DNA from: an uncultured Acidobacteriaceae bacterium
Lineage (GTDB): Bacteria; Acidobacteriota; Terriglobia; Terriglobales; Acidobacteriaceae
DNA length: 64,000 nt
Direction: 5' to 3'
Assembly (NCBI GenBank): GCA_963703645.1
Contig: CAVPFD010000020.1
Span: 17,597-81,596 of the forward strand
The translations under genes and the position numbers were made by a program. Below, in pieces: positions 57,740 through 64,000 of this stretch. Within the stretch, counting starts at the first letter, position 1; every line of letters starts with the position of its first letter. Below the pieces are notes generated by a model. The model was not told where the DNA came from. It was given only the letters and a program-made list of their open reading frames with translations, and did not search any database.

Positions 57740-60179
57740 TCACCTCACTCCAAGTGGAGAACCCGTAGGGCTCGCGAAGATTCTCGTGCAACGAACTGCT
57801 CTTCGACTCGACCGTATTTCCGCGTCCGAGATGCAGGCGCCTCTCCTGCCGTGCCGCCAGCCAGTGCAACACGACACGGCTGGCCTGTTGCACATTTTGT
57901 TCGGCGGAAGCGCCGCATGTTCAGATAGACTGCGCGAGTCCCGTGGGTGGTGGAGACCGAAATCGAGATCGCACTCGGCGGCGGACGCTATCTGCGCCGC
58001 GTCACCCGTAAGAACAAAGATCAAGTCCGGCCGCAAGAGCAGCCGGGCAGCGAGCAGCGACGAGCCTGAAGGGGAAATTCCGCTGTTCGCCGACGTTGCT
58101 GACGACCAGCGTCGAACGCACGCGAGCGGAAAGCACTTTTCTCGCCAGGTCCAAAGCCAACAGGAACGAGATCGCATCCGTTGGTTGGACTTCCAAATTG
58201 GCCACTCGCCGGAATGCTGGCGCCAGCTGAAGCAGCAATCCCCTGACAATTGCAGATCGCTGCTCCCTCCCGCCTCCGCATACCAGCATGGACATTCCTG
58301 TCGGATGCAGGGCGCGGCTCATCATACGCAATCCTTCCCGGAGTCCCTGCACGAGTCGGCCGCCAAGTCCTTCCACGGGAGTCCATGCCTTCAACTCTAT
58401 GCAAAGCCGCGGCATAGCCGATTGAAACCAGGCGACGTCACTTGCGGCCAACGCTCTTTCCAGCTCGCGCACAGTGGCCCTACACCAGAACTTCCCCATC
58501 CTGGTCCGGCAATTCAATGGATCGCGCTGGTAAAGATGGCGCAGGCGGCGCAGTTGGAAAACGGCGATAGATTGCTTCAGGATCTTCTTGATCAGGTAAT
58601 AGACAAACTCGTCGGGCACTGCCGCAACATACAGGTCTTTGCATCGACGCCGCCGGGCCAGGACGTTTCCCGCTGACAACCATAATCTGCCCTGCCGGCG
58701 ATAATCGCCCGCGCTGTCCGGATCGAAGTAGCCGATCGCGCTGCCGTCGTCTTTTGCAAGAACGAAGTAGCAGGCGCTGGTCTCGTGCGGTATGGCCTGA
58801 ATGAGCCTGGCGCCCGCCCTCTGCGCAGCCCGCGCCAGCAGCGGCGGAATGCGGTGCATATCCCGTGGATGAAACATGAAATCCACATCCGACGAACTGT
58901 TTCCCGCATGGTTCTCATGGCCGCTCAAGACGCAATACGGGACCTCGGCCGAGTTGAGTTGTGCGACAACGGCGGCAAACAGATCCGACCGAATGTGCGA
59001 GGAAAGTGACGGCGTTGCGGTTCGCGCCAGCTCGGGCGAGCACACCGGTGAAAACTCAGGCGTTGGAGCCGTAGATCGATGTTTTTCCTTCAACACGACC
59101 TGAAGCGTCGACAGCAAGTATTCGCAGTGTGCGGCTTCGCCGGTTGCCTGCAACCGCAAATAGAAGTGGACCAGGTCCGCAATTTCCAGTTTGCGGCGCT
59201 GCTCCGCCGGGATGCCGATCGCTCTGGCCAAGCGCTCGACATCACCGGCGTGAGCTCTGGGGCGCTCGCCGAAAAGATAATCCTGCATGTGAAAGAAGTG
59301 AAAAGCGTCCTGCAGCGGCAAACCGCTGCGTTGCGCGTCTTCCCAGTCCAGCAGGGCAAGTGAGCCATCATGCAGCCGCCTCATGTTCCAGGGAGCAAAA
59401 TCGCCGTGCACCCAGCAGGCCGGCACCAGCTCCGTGTCGTCCAATTCGGACATGGCTGCGCTCACCAGACTGAGATCCCTTTTGCAGCCGAAGGCCCTGT
59501 CCAGTTGTTCCCGCCAATCCATCGCATGTCCAACGATGGTCGTGCGTTCGTCAGCAAGCATCAGCGAGCGCAGCGCGTTCTGATACGCGCCGCCGAACCC
59601 CCGTCCCCCAGCCTTGCCCGCGATGAAAGCTTGTGTCGTGACACCTCGGTCCCGGTCCACATAGATCAGCTGCGGCGCAGACTTGTAGCCCTCATCGGCC
59701 AGGATCTCCAGCACATCGGCTTCGTGCAGGATGGCCGCATGAGCCCCTTCGGTGAGCGGCACTTTGACAACGGCCTCACACACTCCCGACGAAGCATTCA
59801 CGAGATGGATTACCGCTTTGCGGCTGACGCCCGGCGTGCCAACGTAAATCGCGGGCACAGGAGGTTCACTGCCGCTCCAGCCGATGGAACGCCAATCGAT
59901 GTCCTCGACTCGGGCAAGCTTGACGCTCGCAACCCCGGGCAGCACCGCCAGACACCCAGCGCGATGAGCAGTTCGTATCGCCGCCCATTTCATGCTCGAG
60001 GCCAAGCGATACGGCGACCAGTTCCCGAGGACAGAATCGAGCTTGCGATTCCTCACCGGCAGGAGCCAGCGCGGGGTTTCCTGCCCCGGTACCGCAAGAA
60101 ATTCCTGAGTCGCAGTTTCCCGCGATGCACCCCGCAACAATGGTGCGAACACCAATTGAACCAGCTCAGCAGTCAGCAA
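57740..60179 (-). pseudogene. Multidomain protein: APH/choline-kinase-like kinase + nucleotidyltransferase-like region + degenerate P-loop-kinase-like C-terminus; C-terminal frameshift(s)
   Basis: WVHGDFAPWNMRR...LALLDWEDA (kinase catalytic motifs). VPYCVLSGHENHAGNSSSDVDFMF (NTase-like). MLVCGGGREQRSAIVRGL aligns to the Walker A of the neighbouring 219-aa protein. The tail ..LRPDLIFVLTGDAAQI.. lies in ORF 57740..58249. The 3' limit is uncertain. Confidence 0.55.
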
Positions 60180-60825
60180 TCAGCGCGACCTCCGCGCGAC
60201 TCATCGCCTGATTGGCCACCGATTTGAGAATCACCGTTTTCACCTCTTCTGCCACTTCTTCAACCGAAGGGGATGCATCTACAACGAAGGCATTCGGCAG
60301 CAAACGGAACGTCTCCCGGTATGCCAGCCGTTGGCGCTGTGATTCGGCCGAAGTTACTTCGGCCTTCCTCTGTTGCACGACGTCCGCAGGAACGTCCAGC
60401 AGAACGTACACATCCGGCCGCGGCGCCAAGGCAACGGCCAGGCGGGCAAACCACAGGCTGGAAGCTGGCAAGCGATATCGCCGCGGATCGATAAGGATGT
60501 CTCGCAGGTAGCGGTCGAAAACTACAAGGCGCGATTTGGCTCGCGCCGGACGGATTGTCACCAGGTATCCACACCAGCAGTCCGCCAGCCAATACAGCAG
60601 CTTGAAAATCGAGACCACCACAGCACGCGGAGGCTTCGCGTGCGGATCCACAACCGGCGGAGAGTCCTTCCATTGCCGTCGAAACTTGGGACGAAAATGA
60701 AACTGTTGTAGTCCGCGAAAAAGTGGCGGGGAGTCGTGCGCCAGGCGTTGGATCACCGCCGACTTCCCCGCCCCATCCGGCCCGAAGAGCGCCACCCACA
60801 AACCGTGTTGGTTGGTGTCATTCAT
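60166..60825 (-). CDS. P-loop kinase-like protein (thymidylate-kinase-like fold), function unknown
   Basis: Walker A LFGPDGAGKSAVIQRL; LVVFDRY; PRPDVYVLLDVPADVVQQRK. Its stop overlaps the start of the downstream large gene by 14 nt. Confidence 0.6.
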   Translation of the reverse strand: MNDTNQHGLWVALFGPDGAGKSAVIQRLAHDSPPLFRGLQQFHFRPKFRRQWKDSPPVVDPHAKPPRAVVVSIFKLLYWLADCWCGYLVTIRPARAKSRLVVFDRYLRDILIDPRRYRLPASSLWFARLAVALAPRPDVYVLLDVPADVVQQRKAEVTSAESQRQRLAYRETFRLLPNAFVVDASPSVEEVAEEVKTVILKSVANQAMSRAEVALIADC

Positions 60826-60845
60826 GATTGAAAAGTAGAAGGAGG

Positions 60846-61153
60846 CGCCGGGCTTCAGCCCGGCGAACCGTGGCCTTTCCTAGATTGGAGTTTTCAGAGT
60901 CTGTCTGAGTACTCTATTCTTGAATTTGCGGTGGAAGAAGAAGATCAAAGTTGCCGCAAATCGAGCCGCGTAGCGGCGGAAGCGCAGTGAGCCCCGGGCG
61001 CTAGCCCGGGGTAAAGTGGAAAATTAATCTGAGCCGCGGAGCGGCGGCACAGCACTCACACAGACTCTTTAAGCTTTGGTCTAGTGACCTGTCTGGTCCG
61101 AGGCTAGAAGACCGGCTGGCCTGGCATTTTGCTCGCCGGACTGAAGTCCGGCG
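60846..61153. repeat. Three GC-rich 8-bp-stem/tetraloop hairpins plus REP-like 17-21-mers in a 365-bp intergenic gap
   Basis: cgccgggc-ttca-gcccggcg (60846..60865), ccccgggc-gcta-gcccgggg (60992..61011), cgccggac-tgaa-gtccggcg (61134..61153). 61030..61050 is the reverse complement of 26047..26067. Confidence 0.75.
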
Positions 61154-61191
61154 CTTCCATCGCTCCTTGCGTAAAACCGCCTTGCACTTAC

Positions 61192-62184
61192 TCAGTACCT
61201 GCCGTAAATCACGACTCCGACGGCCATTTGCAGTGCCGAGGTCAGGCCCTTCTCGGTCCATTGTTTGGCGCCACTGACGGGCACAAACAAAATGTCTTCG
61301 TCCTGAAGTGCGGGATCGGTTGCCTGGTTGGCGAAAATTTTCTTCAGCGGCAAATCGGTTTCGGTCCGCCCGCCGGGTGTGTTGCGGATCAGTTTCGCGT
61401 TCAGCTTGGCGGTCTTGTTTAGCCCCTGCGCCAGGGCAAGCGCCCGCAGTACGGTAAGCGTGTTTCTGTTTTCGATCAGATAGCCACCCGGCCGGCCTAC
61501 GTCACCGACGACATAGACAATTCCGGCCCGCGTGACCACGATGCGATCACCGGACTCAACTTGTGGCTGCGGATTCTGCAAAGAGCCGCTCAGATCCACA
61601 GGAATGGCCTGCGCCAGCGAGTTTCTATGAGTGAGGAGAGCGGTCTTCGATGCGGCGGGTGTTGGCCCGCCGGCAATCGAGATGAAGTCCAGTACGCCGC
61701 GTTTGGCGCCAATGGGATAAACCCCCGGCATTTTGACTTCGCCCATGACCGTAACCCGCTGGGTTGCGTACTCCAGTACGAAAACCTCAACATGCGGATC
61801 ACGCAAAATCTCGCGCTGGCGAAAGCGCTGTTCGATCGCCGCCTGCACCTGTTCCGCAGTCAGCCCCTTCACCGCGACCGCTCCACCCACCGGCAAAGTG
61901 ATGTCACCACGAATATCAATGCGAAACTTGCCTGACAGCTCGGGCGTGTCGAAGACCCGGATTTCCAATACGTCGCCCACGTCCAGCAGCAGCGCGCCGC
62001 CCGGAGCAGTGTCGGTCGCGCTTGCAGGTTGCGGTTGATCAGGAACGGCAGCCGATGCGCTCATATCAGCGGGCGCGACATCAGACACAGAGGCCGAAGG
62101 GACAGATGTTGTCTCTGCAACCTGCGCCCGGAGCGCAGCCACGGCGCAGCATGCGGCGACGGTAAACATAAGAATCCATTTCAT
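61192..62184 (-). CDS. Polysaccharide export protein (Wza-like; Poly_export + SLBB domains)
   Basis: Signal peptide MKWILMFTVAACCAVAALRAQV. GDVLEIRVFDTPELSG...GDITLPVGGAVAVKGLT...VMGEVKMPGVYP...GDRIVV..VYVVGDVGRPG. Confidence 0.8.
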   Translation of the reverse strand: MKWILMFTVAACCAVAALRAQVAETTSVPSASVSDVAPADMSASAAVPDQPQPASATDTAPGGALLLDVGDVLEIRVFDTPELSGKFRIDIRGDITLPVGGAVAVKGLTAEQVQAAIEQRFRQREILRDPHVEVFVLEYATQRVTVMGEVKMPGVYPIGAKRGVLDFISIAGGPTPAASKTALLTHRNSLAQAIPVDLSGSLQNPQPQVESGDRIVVTRAGIVYVVGDVGRPGGYLIENRNTLTVLRALALAQGLNKTAKLNAKLIRNTPGGRTETDLPLKKIFANQATDPALQDEDILFVPVSGAKQWTEKGLTSALQMAVGVVIYGRY

Positions 62185-62249
62185 AACGGGGGATAATGGC
62201 ACTTCCAGAGTTTGCAGGAATGACCAAGATGAAGAGCTTGGCCGCGGCG

Positions 62250-62630
62250 CTATAGCGCCGCACCACCAGAGGTGCAACCCATTGCGATGCTGACGGCCCG
62301 GGAAATCTCGCAGACTCGAGCGTGACTCAGGTTACGCAGCCTCTGCCGAGGCTCGGAAAGACTTGTTTTCCTCACCACGGAGACGTCCTCTGCCCGCACA
62401 CAAGACTGTTCGAGCCCGGTCTCGCCCGGTGACAGGTACACATGCGTGGGGACGTCCTTGTAGGTGGTGGTGGTCAGGGGGACGACTAGCACGGTGTCGG
62501 CCTTCTCGTGGCGGTTTCTTTGATCTACCGATACGATAACGACCGGGCGTTGGCCCTTTTCAGGAGCATCGGTGGCGAGCTTCACAAACCATATCTCTCC
62601 ACGCAACGGCGATCGTCTGGGATGGGTCAC
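62250..62630 (-). CDS. Type II toxin, MazF/PemK family
   Basis: GEIWFVKLATDAPEKGQRPVVIVSVDQRN....VLVVPLTTT is the PemK/MazF signature. Located 3 nt downstream of the antitoxin ORF. Confidence 0.75.
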   Translation of the reverse strand: MTHPRRSPLRGEIWFVKLATDAPEKGQRPVVIVSVDQRNRHEKADTVLVVPLTTTTYKDVPTHVYLSPGETGLEQSCVRAEDVSVVRKTSLSEPRQRLRNLSHARVCEISRAVSIAMGCTSGGAAL

Positions 62631-62633
62631 CAG

Positions 62634-62918
62634 CTATTCTTCGGCTGCGATTTGTTCCTCGGAAAACTCTCCCCACAGCCGGTTCTCCTCTCTCTCCTCG
62701 GTGGTCAACGAATCATAGTAGTGAGTGATCGCGGCATTCACTCTCCGGCGCTCGCTTTGCTGTTGCCGTTCCCGGATGATCTGCTCCAACACCGCGGACA
62801 TGGAGGGACTGCGGGCCTCCTCCTTCGCGGCTTCCAGGTACCCAAGGGCCTGCCGCGAAAGCGTGAAGGTCCGGCGCTGTTTTCGTGCCGGTGCCGTGCG
62901 TGTCATCCGTCTCCGCAT
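62634..62918 (-). CDS. Ribbon-helix-helix (CopG-like) antitoxin
   Basis: RTFTLSRQALGYLEAAKEEARSPSMSAVLEQIIRE is a beta-alpha-alpha RHH pattern, with an acidic C-terminal tail. Paired with the MazF-like gene. Confidence 0.65.
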   Translation of the reverse strand: MRRRMTRTAPARKQRRTFTLSRQALGYLEAAKEEARSPSMSAVLEQIIRERQQQSERRRVNAAITHYYDSLTTEEREENRLWGEFSEEQIAAEE

Positions 62919-62952
62919 ACTCCAACCGTACGCGATATCGTACGATGGTCAA

Positions 62953-64000
62953 TCATACCACTGGTGTGATACCGCTTGTGTCTGTTCCGGCGAGAGAACG
63001 GTACGAACGGTAGTAGCCGTTTTGATGCCGCAGGTCCACGCCGTTCAGTACGACCCCGGCGAGGTTGACGTTCGCACGCTGTAGCACGTCGCGGGTGTGA
63101 CGCAGTACCTGTTTGGTTGTGGTTGAGGCACGCACCACCAACAACACCGCGTCGGCCCGGGAACCCAGTACGACCGCATCGGTAAACATCGAAACCGGCG
63201 GGGTGTCGATCACGACGTGGTCATACACCGAGCGCCAACTGTCGAGAAGCTCCCGCATCTTTGTGGACGCCAGCATTTCGGCGGGGTATTCGGGAGGCAG
63301 ACCCGAGGGCAACATAGCTAGATTCGGTAGCACCTCGGTGCGGACCGTCGCATCGCTCTCGGAGCACGCTCCACTCACGATGCCGCTCAGCCCGGGACTT
63401 TGGGGAATGCCGAAGGCCTCATGCAGCGACGGCTGGCGCAGGTCGGCATCGACCAGCAGCACACTTGCGCCTTGCTGCGCGAGCACGGTTGCGCAGTTTA
63501 CCGCGGTCAGAGTCTTCCCTTCAGACGGCAGCGAACTGGCGATGGCCAGCACTTTCGGCGGCCTTCCGTTGGCGCAGAGCAGAAGTGAAGTACGCAAGCT
63601 GCGATAGGATTCCGCCGCCTGCGAGCGTGACTTTCTAAATGCGACCAACCGCAACTGGAGAGTGCGCTCAGCCGGTTGCAGCTTTTTCCATTCGCTCCCA
63701 AAGTCTCCGGTCCCGATCTGCGGAATCGCCACCAGGGTCGGCAGAGCGGTCACGCTCTCCGCTTCCTCGCTGGTGCGAATGGTGGTGTCGAGAGCCTCAA
63801 GTGCCAGTGCCGAAAGCAATCCCAGGCCGAGCCCCGCACCCATGCCCAGCAGAAGATCGAGGACTGGCCGCGGGTCCACCGGTTCCGAGGGGACTTGTCC
63901 CGGCTCAACTACGGCGATATTCGCTGATGCCAGGCCCGCCACGATGCCGGCCTGCCGCAGTTTGAGCTGCAAGGTCTGGTAGAGCTCCTGCGTGGCGTCC
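62953..64000 (-). CDS. Polysaccharide co-polymerase / tyrosine autokinase (Wzc/GumC-like), C-terminal part; 5' end outside window
   Basis: Walker A SSLPSEGKTLTAVNCA, LLVDADLRQPSLH, VVIDTPPV, and a C-terminal Tyr cluster (NGYYRSYRS). Confidence 0.8.
   Translation of the reverse strand, partial: DATQELYQTLQLKLRQAGIVAGLASANIAVVEPGQVPSEPVDPRPVLDLLLGMGAGLGLGLLSALALEALDTTIRTSEEAESVTALPTLVAIPQIGTGDFGSEWKKLQPAERTLQLRLVAFRKSRSQAAESYRSLRTSLLLCANGRPPKVLAIASSLPSEGKTLTAVNCATVLAQQGASVLLVDADLRQPSLHEAFGIPQSPGLSGIVSGACSESDATVRTEVLPNLAMLPSGLPPEYPAEMLASTKMRELLDSWRSVYDHVVIDTPPVSMFTDAVVLGSRADAVLLVVRASTTTKQVLRHTRDVLQRANVNLAGVVLNGVDLRHQNGYYRSYRSLAGTDTSGITPVV

Noticed and set aside
62203-62226. Sigma-54-like TGGCAC ... 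TTGCA on the + strand
   Set aside because: The spacing between the two elements is about 9 nt instead of 5, and no + strand gene follows.

Overview
High-G+C bacterial chromosome segment. Gene content (Oar-like TonB receptor with a CarboxypepD_reg N-terminus, many small GC-rich hairpin repeats) suggests Acidobacteriota, but that is inference only. No rRNA, tRNA or CRISPR array was recognised. Layout: (1) 1-5.5 kb, RND efflux operon in the order permease, adaptor, outer-membrane factor. (2) 5.5-12.9 kb, an accessory island of visibly lower G+C: AT-rich repeats, a 36-bp perfect palindrome, heptamer iterons, two orphan ORFs, an McrBC type IV restriction pair, a truncated vsr remnant, and a REP/RAYT unit interrupted by an IS5/IS1182-type insertion sequence with a 6-bp target duplication. 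(3) 12.9-50.9 kb, housekeeping and envelope genes. These include an NRAMP homolog with the Mg2+-type (NRMT) site signature next to a soluble MgtE-N/CBS protein, a PBP-like/SpoIID pair, a DUF1175/alpha-2-macroglobulin/membrane-protein operon, ilvE, a peroxiredoxin homolog lacking the catalytic Cys, mdh, icd, glnE, a thiolase and a sigma-54 activator. (4) 51.2-64 kb, a Wzx/Wzy-type polysaccharide locus (Wzc, Wza, glycosyltransferases, Wzy-like polymerase, GME-like epimerase). It has a MazF/RHH toxin-antitoxin pair between wzc and wza, and an unusual APH-kinase/NTase/degenerate-P-loop protein next to a P-loop paralog. Caveat: at least about 25 reading-frame breaks occur in otherwise well-conserved genes, including icd, mdh and glnE, and they cluster in blocks. 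This looks more like assembly indels than biology, so 'pseudogene' labels describe the sequence as given. All calls come from reading the translated ORFs by eye; no database search was run.
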